The position numbers and the translations under genes are program-made. A stretch of DNA of 64,000 nt from Ramazzottius varieornatus (Eukaryota; Animalia; Tardigrada): NCBI GenBank assembly GCA_001949185.1, contig BDGG01000008.1, forward strand, positions 1,116,001 to 1,180,000. The letters are read 5' to 3'. Positions 1 to 13,700 of this stretch are shown piece after piece. Below the pieces are notes generated by a model that saw only the letters and a list, made by a program, of their open reading frames with translations, had not been told where the DNA came from and did no database searches. The first letter of the stretch is position 1. Every line of letters starts with the position of its first letter.

Positions 1-1159
1 TTTTGGGGCTTCGCGTTCTACAAGAAATTTTGTAGTTTCTTTTCCATTGCACGTTTGAGTTTGACTATAGCTCTGGAAGAAAGAGGGGATGTCTAGTGAC
101 TAGTTTGAGCAAAAGGAAGTCAAGCCGGACCGCTGTTAAGGCTCGTTAAAAAATTTCATCTTTGCACCAAGTGAAAATGCGCAAGTGAAACGGGAAAAAA
201 ACCAGCTGGTGCATCACCTGACCACCAGGCGGATTTTGCAAACTTTTCTGTTTCCTCCGCCAGGTTTCCATCCCTGATCAAAGCAAGTTTTCACTCTGTA
301 TTCCCTGGACACTCTAGTTGCTTTTTGTCGAAGCGCTAGAAAATCATCCATCTTAGATATTCGAGAAACAACATTTCCACCATCGGCGCGAATAACGTAA
401 GGATAACATTACAAAATGCGCGAGTTTACGAAGAAAATCGAAAAACAGTTTTTCGCATTTTTTCAAAAAATTATTTCTCCTTCTGTGCGAGTGCCAGGTA
501 CCTTATCTTTTGAGGATAGTGATTAGAAGAGATGGTTCATCTTTCGAACGCATGCTCTGGAAAATAGCACTTTCAGGTGGACTGTGCCTCAAAACTTATT
601 GAACCCCCTATGTATAAAGCCATTTTAAATAGTTTCTCGAAGATCGAACGGACTAATTTCGGTAGGTGTGTGCGTAATCAGTCCCACTCTGAAGGCCCTA
701 CTTACCAATCCTCTCATTCTGCACTAAACTCTCCGCAGCTCCCGCTCCCTCTCCCTTTGACCTAGAAGAGAAGCGAAACAGTTGAACAGTACATATACTG
801 CCGCCGTCAGGCAACGACGAAGCTCACGATGCAGTCCATCAGACGACAGCCTCCGAGATATAGCCGTGCTGCCGTTAGGCCCTTCATAGCCTTTAGGCCT
901 TTTACCTGGCTTCCGGTGTATATATATGCTCTGTTCCTTCCAGCACGCTCAACATATAGATAAAAAACAGTCCAGTCAAAACTGCACAACCATCCTAGGA
1001 GGACGAAACAGGAACTGCCGCACAGCAAGGAATACGACGAGGTTAAAGATGTCTCCAGAATCCAGGGCGTCCAGACTCCCAAGAACTGGAGTGGAGAAAC
1101 GCTGCTGATGTCGTTTGACGTTTCGTCAGCTCTGATGTGCTGCTGAAGCGCGCTTTGCT

Positions 1160-1186
1160 GGAAGGAAGGAAGGAAGGAAGGAAGGA
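1160..1186. repeat. (GGAA)n microsatellite
   Basis: About 6.75 consecutive GGAA units read directly from the sequence. Confidence 0.9.
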
Positions 1187-1859
1187 CGCCGTGAAGTATC
1201 CTTGACGTCATGCGTCGAAGCATAATGCAGGGCAGATTTTAGTCATGATGTAATCATTCTGTGACGTATAAGATTGTTAATCTGACTGAAAAGTAAGATC
1301 ATTCAATCAACCTCCACCGCAGCTTGGGTATGAAAAAGAAACAGAACTACACTTCGATTGATTGACTGCACCTGTTAGCTCAATATTTGAGAAAGCACTT
1401 CTACCCCGGATTCGATGCCAGGGTTTCCTAAATACGAGACCTGGCTCCGGTAAATTTATGGCCTACCATTTTAATTTTGCGCGTTTTGGCTTGCCATGCT
1501 CCGACAGACGCGCACTTCAGCAGCACATCAATGTTCGTCAGAAACATGGACCATGAGCATAATTGCGAAAGGAAGTTGAAAGGTGCTTCCAGCTGATTGA
1601 TTCTCGACGGTTTGAATGACTTGATTGAACTGATTGATAAGAACTTTTATCTTTGTTGTGGTTTTCACCATAGATGTGCAGAGCATCTATGGTTTGCACC
1701 TTCACGTTTTGCGGTTTTTTTTAAATCAAAACCGAACTTCGACATCTTTCCCGTCATTCGTTGACGATCGAGGAACTGAAGCACTGCATTTGTTTTTGTG
1801 GTGTCTTAGGGTTGTGTATTGAAGGCTTAACCGTAGTTTGGAGGTTTGGTGGCTCCTGG

Positions 1860-4800
1860 ATGGAAGGTGCGGAACTGACAACCAACGCCGATACAAACGT
1901 TGCTTCGGATTTCGTGCAAGTGAAGAAGAAGCGTGGTGGAAGGCCTTCGGTTTACGACAGGAAGCTTCAGCAGCTGGCATCAGAAAGTGCACTCGTGCCG
2001 GCGGACCCTGCGAACCTTCCTGGCGTGCCCCCGAGCAGCAATGGCTCTCGCCTTAAGACGAAAACACTGGTAAGTCCGCACTTCCGCTCGTTATAATTCT
2101 TACTGTATAACTATGGATGAAGTTTCGCGCTATTACGAGATCTTACGCCGACACTCGTTGTCTTCATTTACAGACCTCTTTCCATTGCGGAGTCTGTGGG
2201 AAGGAGCTGAGCACCAAGGAGGGGTTGCTTAACCATGGCTCGATACACACGGGAGAGAAGCCTTTCGCTTGTCAGGTTGCTGAATGTGGGAAAGTCTTCC
2301 GGACAAAAAGTGATCGTTCCAAGCATCACAAAACGCACGAAGGAGTCAAACCGCATACTTGCGAAGAATGTCTGGCGACGTTCACAACTAAAACTAACTT
2401 GAAGACTCATCAGAAAGTTGCCCACACAGGTGCGTTTTCTTTGATCTGTCCGTAACTGTACCGCACAGTGGCGTACTCGAAGAGAGACCGCTTCCAAATC
2501 CAAAGATATCGAGATGCGCTCTTTTCAGGGAAGAAAGAATACAAGTGTGCGACTTGCAAAAAGACGTTCGGCTATCTGACCAACTACAGGAACCATCTAC
2601 TCGTCCATACAGGTAGAAGGAAGCTGGATTGGCGATCTACAGTCCGTTCAAGCCAAGTCTGTGCAGTGGTTTTGAAAATTTGTCACCGTCGACCAGGTGT
2701 TTGTTCCTCAATGTGGATAATTTTCCGTAACTAGGTATCCTATCTTCTCCGGTTTACAGAAAAAACCGCATTCAAAAGCGCATCGGGAAAGTCGCAGACC
2801 GACTTGAAACGAGGACTTGCGTAGAACGGAGCGAAAACGTGGAATATTCCTCCCTCCACCCTTCACACGAAAAATCTTTTCAAGCCCACTCGAACTTTTA
2901 TCACCAAAACCTTTATTGGTAGTTGTTTAGTGAGTTCTCAGCTTTCACACCTCACGTGTTGCAAGATTGTATCATCCATTAATTCGATGATACGGTGGCT
3001 TTTGCGCGGAAGGCGTTAAAAGGTACAGCGATTTTGAAAAAGCGGCGTTTGCGCAGACGCTGTGAGCTTTATTTGGATGGAAAAAAGATGAAAACGTAGC
3101 TCGAACAATGGTCTACCGGGATTATGAAACAATTTTAAAAAACATTGCAACACTTGACTAGAGGAAGACTTACCGCAGAAACAGGAAGTCCGTGGGACAA
3201 CAACTTTTTCTGATACTGAATCAGTTGTCGAAAATCGTATTTTTGGTTTCCGGTGAAGGTTTTGAAGCTTTGGCAGTAAACTTTAGTACAACATCGAGCT
3301 TTTTGATAAATGGCAGTATCAAATAATCTGTAGCAGGAGAAAGAAGTTATGATTTCTGACAGTAGAGGTAGTTTCCCGGTAAAAACCAGCAAAATTCCCC
3401 TTTTTATTTTCCTGTCAAGTGAGGTGGAGGGCTCAACGTTGCTTTACTGATATCAAACGATAGCCTAAATAGTTTGGCCTCTTTCAAACACAAATCAAAA
3501 GAGAGAACTGGAAGATTAAATTCCGTAGAGCCCTGATCTTTCTGAACCAATATTTTTTCCCACCGGAAGTCATACTAGACCTATTTCGCAAGTCACGTTT
3601 CGACTCTGAATAGAATAAATACTGTGTCAGTTTCTGTGCAGAAACCGTTTCGCGGTTTGCTCACTTCCGGCACAGAATATTAGCATACAGGGATATCAGG
3701 CCGCGTGAGTTCAGCAGGGCATCGGAATTCGCGTGGCCTGTCATTTAGCCCTCTACTGGATAAAGCCCGGACTTCTTTTGCTTTTTCTGGCGATAGTTTC
3801 GAGAATTATCTCTTCCTAACTTCAATGCTAGTTTCGGTCGAAAGCATGATGGATTTCGAGAAGGAATGAGAGCGAAAGTCAAGTGGCGCAATGTGGGAGA
3901 GGCGTGTAGCTCTGATCACTTGACGCGCGAAGTCCAATTCGCTGATTGGTCTGATCACGCTCCACTCCACCACAATTTCAAATTTCGACCAAAGTGGTCA
4001 ATAGTACAATCAACTCAGCTTGCACAGAATTTCAAAGTCTATGCAGATTACTATAGGTACGCTTTTGTTTTTCAGGAGAAAAGCCGTATATATGCAGCTA
4101 TGGGGGATGTGGCCAGAGGTTTACGGAGTACTCGACGGCACTTCGCCATGCACTTCGAAAACACGCATCGGATGGTACTTTCCAGTAAGCAAATAGTGTG
4201 GCGAGCGCTCTTCTATACCGTACAAGTATTCCGCGACCGATTGTTCCACAGGCTGGTTAACTGTACTTCTTTGTAGGTGTTCGTCCTGTGATAAATGTTA
4301 TCGCAACCAGTCTAGTCTTGAGCATCACAAGAAAGCAGCACACGGCGATCTAGCCACTCCGGAAGACTCCGCCTCCCCATCACGAACACTTCTGTCGCCA
4401 GGTAAGAATTAGTGCCCGAAACAAAATAATCCCTTTGGAATCTATGGTTGGCAGACAGAGAGTTTGTTTCAGATGCACTGAGTGACGTTGTACGAGAAGA
4501 ATTCTCTTATTTCACGGACTTGATACAAACGAACAACCCCTTCGTTCTACCCATGTCGGTAGACGAGGAACGAGAGACCGCGGTTCTTATGGGTCTATAC
4601 GATGGAGGTATGATAGTCTGCGTGATACTCCGTATTCATCGATGTGTTGGTCGTCGTTGTGAGATTAAGTGTAATCAGATTCTTGTGCAGAGTGTGAGGA
4701 CGAACTGAAGGAACTTCGAAAGCAGATCGAACGCGCCGAAGAAGACCAGGTAAGCCAGTTGGTACACACTGTAGGACTGGTGCAGTCTACACAACCTTTG

Positions 4801-5012
4801 TGTTCGTCGTTCTAACGCATGGTTCTCGTTCCTAGTCATCGGTATCAGTCTCCAGAGGAACCACACCATCCTGGGACCTGGCGAGTACTTGCGACGATAG
4901 CGCCGTAGACCTGTTTCCCGAGCTGACTGCAACCACCAATGAAGCTGGCTTCGTACCTCTTGACGGTCACCATGTAGGCAAGAATAAACCCAAGCGAAGG
5001 CGGAAGAACTGA
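1860..5012 (+). CDS. C2H2 zinc-finger protein (6 fingers, 8 exons) with an N-terminal KKKRGGRP AT-hook/NLS-like motif
   Basis: Exons joined by hand: 1860-2069, 2174-2429 (three fingers, HTGEKPF linker), 2528-2611 (finger 4), about 4076-4184 (EKPYICSYGGCGQRF...HALRKH), about 4277-4400 (CSSCDKCY...HKKAAH), then three acidic C-terminal exons ending KPKRRRKN-TGA at 5012. GT-AG sites keep frame. Confidence 0.88.
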
Positions 5013-5527
5013 CGGGTCTACGATCATATTAAATAGTACATCAAGCGGGAGAAGCAGTGGTTACCGACAGTCGTTTGCCCGAGACTAATGAAGTCTGTAA
5101 TAACTGTTTGATGATGAGTGGAGGCTCTTCACTTCAACGAGCTTTCTTTTCAATCTTGATTTACAGAACTGGGGTCAATTTCAAAATGTGAGAAGCACAA
5201 ATAACTGTAAAGACAAAAACATCCAAATACGGTACATTGCGGCCACACCAACTTTGTACAGCTGGGCTAAACATTCCGTCTGACTTCCGAAGCAAGTTTT
5301 ATTTTCACTCTTTATTGCTGCGTGATAGCCCGAACTCTCTTCTTTCGGGAAAAACCAAAGTGATCGAGGTACGAATACCGTACTCAAAATTACATGCAAG
5401 AAACTTTATGCGTGAAACGCAAAAGTGGCGCACGAACTAAATTTTCCTGATTTATTTTCTCACGAGCTCGCTCTGACTTTTCCGATAAAAGTGCTCATGT
5501 AGAACGCTGGGGAGCATTATTCCCTCG

Positions 5528-6272
5528 TTACAAAATCCCGCGGTGAAATCCCGGGTGTACCTAATCCCGTGCTACGTATATCCCGGGATTAATACAAAAA
5601 ACCCGGGAGTATGAAATGTCGGAGAACCCTAATACCGTGCTACGTATATCCCGCGATCGACAAATTCCGAGATTTGTACAGAAAACCCGGCGCGATGAAA
5701 TCTTGGAGGAACTTTACAGTAATCGGGTCTGGTATTTATCTCGGGTTAAAAAGTCCCGGTGGTCCCTGTACTATTCTTGGGAATCAGATTCTCTTTGTTT
5801 GAAACCACACTGCTCGAATTCCCTGTACCTGTCATGTTCTGTCTCTACTGACGTCTGTCTTGTGCACAGTGCGACCGTTGTGGATAGAATTCGTCACTGT
5901 ACCTGGATCTCGTTCCATGTTGTAAAACGCTTTTGCCTTAAGTCGCAGAAAGGGATTAGTACAAAAAACCCAGGATCGTAGTTTCCCGGGATCACCTGTC
6001 GATTTTCGATTTAGTAAATTGTATCGGGTGGAGAATTTTGTTATGTGGGAGTGATCCCGAGATTTTAGGCCACCGGATTTTCGAAAATTTTCCGGGATTC
6101 GAGCTTCACGAGATTATCTACCATCGGCCTTAGGTACGCCCAGGATTGTAGTTCAACGGGATTTTTTGTGATTTCACGGGATCTGGGTTACCCGAGATTT
6201 AGTACCACCGGGATTGCACCCCGGAAAAGAAGAGTCGCGGGATACTGGAGTCGCGGGATTTCGAAGCGGTAC
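5528..6272. mobile_element. Degenerate foldback/MITE-like element built from ATCCCG / CGGGAT subrepeats
   Basis: The left part is rich in AATCCCG and the right part in the complement CGGGAT(T). 5538-5570 resembles the reverse complement of about 6190-6224. No credible ORF and no TSD identified. Confidence 0.55.
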
Positions 6273-6481
6273 CTGTAGAACGATAGAGCATAGGTACGTC
6301 ACAAAGCAGGTTTCTAACCCTGAGTGCGCCAACTTGCTACCACCTGGCAGTTCGGCGAGGAAAATTTCAGAGTACGACCCTAGCATTCATGCTACCACAC
6401 GTTCCGTGCAACTTTTAAAGCTGCTTCGACTGAGCTATGATACTTATTGTAATGGAAAATAGTTCGAAAAAGTTGAGTAGT

Positions 6482-7263
6482 ATGACTTCCGATGAGGAAG
6501 ACATACCGGAGCAGGTAAGACCGCGGGATTTCCTATGGCTTTCTGGTTGGGTTCCCCCTCAGTCCCTCGGTGGGTATACCTCTCTCGCTCAACCGAGATT
6601 CACAGCCGATGAATGGCTGATCCTACAGGTTATGACAGCCAACCAACAAGCCAATGCAGCGTCCCAACCAGCTATTCCACCTCTTAACCTTGCCATCCCG
6701 GCTATCCAGCCAACCCGTCTCTAGGTCCCGCAGTCCAGCGTCCTTCACCACGCACCAGCGGCAGCGAAGAACGCTGCCAGTGTTGGTCGACCAGATGTGA
6801 AGATCGATTTGGGATGGATCGACCCACCGCGCAAACCATTCGGCCGCCGTCGCCTCGGCAATCATCCGCCGTACCAACGTAACTCAAATAGAGACCGAGG
6901 TCGAAGCCAGGGTGGACGTGGTGGCGCCCATGGCCGCTCTAACGGACGCGGCGGTGGTCGTGGGTGCGTTTATGGCGCTGGACGGGACAGCGAACGTGGC
7001 GGTCGCGGACAACGAGGAAACAACGTTCGACGTGGGGGACACCAGGGAGTGGACGTGATAGTGACGGACAACGGGGAAACTGCTCCGGGAACTATGTAGA
7101 AGGATGGCCGGGAAATGGCCATCAGAACCACGATCCGTCAAGCACGGCGGACCAAGCCTCCGTCCGTACTACCAGGTTCGGAGCGCAAACCCAAGTCAAC
7201 GTAGAGGACCCTCGCGACGGACAGCAAAGACCCAACCACAAACATGGGCCAGCTCGAGCATAA
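6482..7263 (+). pseudogene. Disrupted gene for a Gly/Arg-rich (RGG-like) low-complexity protein
   Basis: MTSDEEDIPEQ, then a GT-AG intron, then VMTANQQ..., with an in-frame TAG at 6722-6724 followed by same-frame continuation into a GGRGG-rich tract. A probable frameshift lies near 7045. AATAAA at 7555-7560. Confidence 0.45.
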
Positions 7264-7679
7264 AACCGAGAACGACGAAGCCAGTCGGACATGCACACGG
7301 ACGAGTGAGCACCTGGGCGAAGGCGGAAAGAACGCTCTCTCATTTCCTTGTTTAGCGGTTAGTTTTCTCTGTTGTGGCTTTGCGAGTGTTCTACCTCTTC
7401 CCTGGTACCTGATCTCGGTTTGTAATTTCCATGTGTCGACCTTCCGAAGTTAGTCTTGATCGCTTCCCCTTGCCAAAGCTGTTATTACTGCATTTTTATA
7501 TGTTTCGTTATCCTCTGAAAATCGAGGAAGCCGTCGACTAGATTGTCGATGCTCAATAAATCCATCTATCATTCTCAAAAACGAAACTGGAAGTTTGCCT
7601 CATACTCCATGTTAAGCTGCCTCGCCACTGAGGAACTGAAGAAGTGAGGATTATCGTGTGGCGGCTCCTTCAGACCGGT

Positions 7680-7731
7680 ACTCGGATCTTTGAGAGTTCA
7701 ACTCGGATCTTTGAGAGTTCAACTCGGATCT
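7680..7731. repeat. 21-bp tandem repeat (2.5 copies) in the guanylyl cyclase 3' UTR
   Basis: ACTCGGATCTTTGAGAGTTCA repeated exactly twice plus a partial copy. Confidence 0.9.
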
Positions 7732-7777
7732 ATTTTGAAATCAGTTGTATATTTCGGTAAAGGGCTTGATCTTGAGA

Positions 7778-10700
7778 TTATCCGGCTTCTTTTCCGACGA
7801 GCCAAAACGTTTCCATCATTCCTTTTCCCTATATGAAGAAATGAGATGTACAGTGGATAACAGATTTTCGTCATAGGGCAGTAGGAGCACATTCAGCTAA
7901 CGGCGGCTGGGCAGTGATACCTTGACATCGATAGGTCCACGAGGAAGTAATACAAAACCGCCGATTTTCTCCAGGAGGTCCCTGGTACTTGGACTGCACT
8001 GAATCTTTCCGGCCTCTCCATGCGATTCCATCCTGCTTGCTGTGTTCACCGTATCACCAAATCTAGAATCAAAACACATATAGCTATGCCATCAACTCCA
8101 TTTTCGTTACGAGTACTGGTTGGAATATACTTACAAGCAGTAGCGAGGCATCCGTGTTCCAATAATCGCTTTTTCGCGAAAAGCCAGAGAGTAAGTGTGC
8201 ATAGTGTACTATAGTATTTGACTATGATAAGGTTCTGAATGCAGAAGAGCTCCTACCAGCTACACAGGGACCAGAGTGCATCCCCACACGAAGCTTTAGC
8301 TTTATTTCGTCCGCGAAGTTGAACTTGACGACGGAGATCTCTCGTCGCAGTAGTAAGGCAAGATTGGAAATCTCACTGGCGTGCTTGACACCTGCAATTT
8401 TTCCGCAGTTCTCTTGAAACTCTCTCGTTTGCTCTAAGTAAATATTCTCTATCGAACCGGCCGAAGGGGATTACCGTTCCGAGTGGGAAGACCGCTGACG
8501 AGCTGCAACACGTAGAGTAGTTAGCGAAGCACTAGAGCTACTGTAGAAGGTAGAGAACCTTGACTGCGGTTCTCTGGTTCCAATTGCTAATTATGTGGCT
8601 TACGAGATATGCATCCTTGACCGTCTCCACTTTGAACACATCGTGCTTCTCGATTAGGGTATCACACGTATTATACAGCGTATTCATCACAAAGATGGTT
8701 TCGACCGGAGTATGGGCCGCAGCAATTAGTTCCGTGAAGCCATTAATATCGCTGAAGTAGACTGTTGTGCTGGAAAATGTGTCCGGAAGAATAGTGTCGC
8801 CCTTTGTCAGGGCAGAAGCGATAGACCTGAAAGGTGTTCATTGGTATCGATCTCTGTTTGGTAAAACGAAGAACCATGATATACTTTGGCAACATTTGGC
8901 CGATAATGTTTTCCGATCGCTGCTTTTCCTCCATAAACTGGCGCGTTTGTTCTTCGGCTTCGTGTTCGAGCTCCATGGCCCGCTTCTCCATGGCCTTGAT
9001 CAAATGGTCCACGATGTTCTCCCCACTCTTGCCTAATATCTTCCATAAGGTATCTTTGATCCTAGGAAAAGAAGGGCGTAGTTCGGGACGTTCGTCCCAA
9101 CACTGTTCCATCAGGTCGCGGAAGTTGGTCGGGCAGGCTGTCAAAGGAATACGCGGCCTCAGAGGCGGCATGGTTCCTCGCTTCACCTCCAGCAAAATCT
9201 CCTTGTCTGTCAAGGTATTTGGCCGGCCGTCGTTCACCCGGAAGGGCGGAGTTCGGAGGATAATTTGTTGTAGAATGATAGCTAGGAATGATTATCGTCA
9301 CTTGCTTCATTTCCATAAACTCTGCGTACTGAACGAGAAGTGGGCAACTAAACTGAGCGAAATCGTTTGATTAAGCGGCGCACACTTTCTGCTAACAACA
9401 GCGAGAGTCCACGCCACTTGGGACTGCGATCTGGTTCGCTTCAAGCCTTCATGTGCCCACATCGCGTGCATGGAATTAAACTTCTACCAATATCAGCTGG
9501 GTTCGGTAGGTGCGTTGGCTTACCGAAGGCGTACACATCTCCTTTCTGGAAAACGAGTTCGAAAAATCGCTACATCGCTCGAGAAAATAACATCATTTTT
9601 CACCTGGGTGCCTTCGGGTGGCATCGTGGTACGAAGTAACTCCGGCGGCCTCCAGAATAGCTGACTGACATCGCGCTCTTCGTCTTCGTCGATAAGCGGT
9701 CTCATGTCCTCATCTCGCCGGAAATATTCCATTCCACAATCGGAAATCTTGAGCACAAAGTTGCTGTCGACGAGGCACGTGTGTGAAGACAGGTTCCCGT
9801 GTGAAACTAGGCTGCTTCCATGCAGGTACGTCATACCCTGCAAAATGGGCCGTACTTGACCGAACCCGGAAATTGCGTCCGTATGAACTGTGAAAGGTTG
9901 TTCCTTTCAGGAAAAGAACTTTACCGCTGCGCAATCCTTTATCAGCGAGCATTTGAAATTCCAATCGAGGTCCATCCTCGCTCTTTCCAACACACGTGTG
10001 AGCGTTCCCTTGTGGCAAAACTCCCCCACGGTGAACACGCACAAGTTTTCATCGTCCACTGCGATACCGTAGAACTTCTGCAGGTTATTGTGGAGAAGCC
10101 GTTTGACCTGAAACCAATGCAGAGCTAGTACCTTTGTTGTTTTTTCTTGAAATTTCTTGGCCTACTCCCTGACGAAGGAAAAGAACTTCCATACCGGAAA
10201 CAGATTTTTCCCGATGTTGTTGCTCACGCGGTGGTATGGCTCCGGTAGAGGCGTCAGTCCCACCGTGTTCCCATCGTACAACGCCCTTTTGATCAGGTTC
10301 GTAGTATCAGTGACTGCAGAATCAGCCGTGGCCGCGGAAGTTGCTTCCTGCATTTGGCATCAGTATGAGGAATTTGATTACTCTTTCCAAATCAAGAACT
10401 GTGGTCTTCTACAGTGTACAAACTGCATTCCATCCGGTGATCACGTGTTCTCAGGCTATTAATCAACCGTAACCAACACACGTGATCACTGCAAAGGATG
10501 CATCGTGTGCACTGTAGTATTACCATTGTCATTTTGCTTTTGGCTTGCGAGCCCAGAGTACTCGTTGCTGCGGTTGATTTGCTGGGAGGGCTAATAATCT
10601 GGACTTCATGAAGAAAGATCCTCCACCAAAACGGATCGGACGAGGAGTTCATGTATCTGTCGACGCGTAAACAAAGTTGATATGAGCATAAGGCCAACCT

Positions 10701-13700
10701 ATAGGTTTCAGCAAGAAGATGTGGATACCCACCTGCGGAACAAGACAACACCAGCGGTGATCGCAGCAGTCATCAGAAGCACCGGTATGGCGACAGCCGC
10801 TGCCACCTGCGACGTTGGCATAACTGGAAGTAACAACCACAGGATTCTTTAGAGTACATTCTGTGCTACGGAGCATAAAACTTGTGGGAGATCTTGAATC
10901 GGAGACGATATGTTCTTTACCGTATGCACAAGACGGGTCGTTCCCCAGAAAGCCACAGCGTGGTCGGCTGGGCGGCAGCCGGTCTCCACTCGGCCATTTT
11001 ATCACCCCGAGACGTCGAGGTCTCCCCACAACGGGATAGCTCAGGTAGTCCTAAAACAAGCAAACTGTTTCAAACTTCGTGCTTAATTGAGTCATCCGGA
11101 GACATCATTATTACGATACACCAGAAGTCATTAACAAAGATGTGCATGCTTAAGTGATTGTTAGCGGTGATGATGAGACACGGTATGAAAGGCTCTCTCG
11201 GTGCGAGAGACCTCATGGGACGTATACCTCGAATTGTCCAGAGATGGGGTTGAAGTTCTTGATGGTGTATGCACTTTGTCGGTCCCCATCTGCCGACATT
11301 GTTACCGGGCCGTTGATGGGACTGGTGAAGTTGAAACTCTGCTTCAAGAGCGCCAACGCGGCTCCCGAGAAGCTCGGGGAATCGTCCTCAGCCAGGTCGC
11401 GGATCATCGAGGCGTAATAGATAATCGAGTCATAGAAATGGGCGGTGATAACGTCCACCTATGCGACAAGCAAGAAGATTGATCATCTGTAAGACTTACC
11501 CGATTACCGATCATATCAAAGAATAATTACTGTGTTACCCCTACAGTTCTGCGTTCGTCTCGGACGTAATTTACAGTCTGATCCAGCCAAGTTGTCCCCA
11601 AGACCGTTTTCTTTCCTTGGAAAATGGTCGGTTTCTTTGATTCAGCTGATTTGTTTTTCAACAGATTTAGCAAACTATTGCTTATGTTTCAACCTAACTC
11701 GAAAGCCAATCCAGTGAAAGCTGACTTTCGAAACAAATTCCAATGTAAATCCACAAGAGGGTCCAAAACACTCGTCTTAAACCGAGGTGTGCAAACTGAA
11801 ACTGTTGTTCTACCAACTTCTGTACTATTAACAAATGTGTGCAAGAAGTTGTTTTATTTGGGTAAGTCAAAACGAAAAATATGGAATCAACGTCGCGGGA
11901 AGAACTGGCTCGAAATTGCTGATTCTCGGTTTTTCCCGGTATCTCTCCCCCTTTCGAAAAAGCGCCAACGCGAGGCATCTTGTCGACGAAGAAGCGTACT
12001 TTTTTCGTCAACGATAGACCCAATTTTGTAGTGTCTGATTTCTTAGAGTGGAGCAATTCCGATGCCTCAGGGTTGCGGAGGAATTTGTCAAGTGAAGGGG
12101 TAAAAACGCATAGAAGCAGTCGTTGCGCTGTGCGGTAATCAAAATTTGAAATGGACCATATTTTTTAATTCACCAATTTTCGAGCAACACAACGCAGGAA
12201 ACCGATGGTGTAAACTTCTGGCTATTTTTCGATATCAAGACCACTTGAAACTTGTTTTGTCTTGAGACAACGTCGCCCGAAAAGTCTTCCCAGAAGTTTT
12301 CAGGCTGACGCAACTTTCTCGATGACAAGTCCCTCTCACGATTTCTCACAGCTCGGATGAATATACAGTCACGGTCATATTNNNNNNNNNNNNNNNNNNN
12401 NNNNNNNNNNNNNNNNNNNNNNNNNNNNNNNGTCCGAACTACATTTTTCTACCGGTTGATTGAGTGAGCAAGTAACTCGCCTGTCACGTAACCAAAAAGT
12501 CCAAGGTGTGCTCTACATGATAACGTTTAAATTGTGAAAATCGGACGACGGTATCAGAAGATACAAGCAAGTACACGAAAACCATGGCTGACGATGAAAT
12601 ATGACCGTGACTGTAGTGTTTGACAGATCAATGTTTTATCAATCTTTTGATACCCTGTCATTCATCTGAATTGTGGAGGAGAAATTTTCAATTAATCGTC
12701 TGCTACAAGGAAGCCGGGCGCCCATTTAGTGTCCGACCACCTCTTTAGCCTACCAAGGATTCGTTCTGGCCTAAGCAAAAATTTTAGAAGCGCTTTCTAG
12801 GATTGAAAATGGGCTTGTTCGGTACCAAATTGAATGTACTATCGTTTAAAGAACAGTGCTGACATTGTTTGAGATGTTTTCGAATAGTGAAAACTGTTCT
12901 ACAAAACAGGGTCAACTTGGCTGAATCAGACTTTATGACGTAGGGAATTCCATCGGGATAATACAGTACATGTTCTGATAGTGATAACTGACCTCGTCAT
13001 TCGGCGCGTAAACGAAGCCATATTTCGCAGCGGAAAGCTTCTTTGTCTGTTGGACGAAGTTGCTGTAGGTGGTATCTTGCGAAACACTCAACGATATTAG
13101 TAGCAGTGACTGGTATGCATCGCGTGCATCCTGTAAAAACACAGGAACGAAACTCGAAGTTAGGTAGTACGGAAAGCGGTTCAGAAATAAAAGCTAGCGT
13201 TGGGTGCTTGGTCAACTTGCATCATCCCGGTCGTCGCCCGTAGAGTAAGAAAAGTTTCCCCATGTCGTACTAGGGAATAGGTTGACGCCCAAATACACCT
13301 GCAAAAGTAAGATTATCGATCATTCTTAACCGCGCTAATCACGATATCTGTCCCCGTTCAGACAGATCACCAAGAAAACATGCGTAATTGAACGCAACGG
13401 AGATTTTCGTGCCGTTTACACTTCACACTTACGTGTTCGCCGGCGGTGAATCCCAGGTCGCTCGCAACCAGCTGGACAAAGAAAAACTCATCCAGATATG
13501 CTCGACTATTTTCATGGCAAAAGTTTGTTACAGGACGTACCATGAATGACCGCACAGCGGCAGAGGGAATGCATAAGATGAATACTGGAAATACGAAATT
13601 CGCGGTTGGTAGCTGGGAATCCGGTGAAAGCGACGTTCAAGATCGTTCTCGTTAGTGGCGCACGCCAGCAGGCAAGAACAACGCAAATGTGCGCCACTTC

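Noticed and set aside
7680-7731. Short direct repeats as a possible CRISPR array
   Set aside because: The units are adjacent with no spacers, the context is eukaryotic and there are no cas genes. The dispersed 27-nt-spacer element is also not an array.
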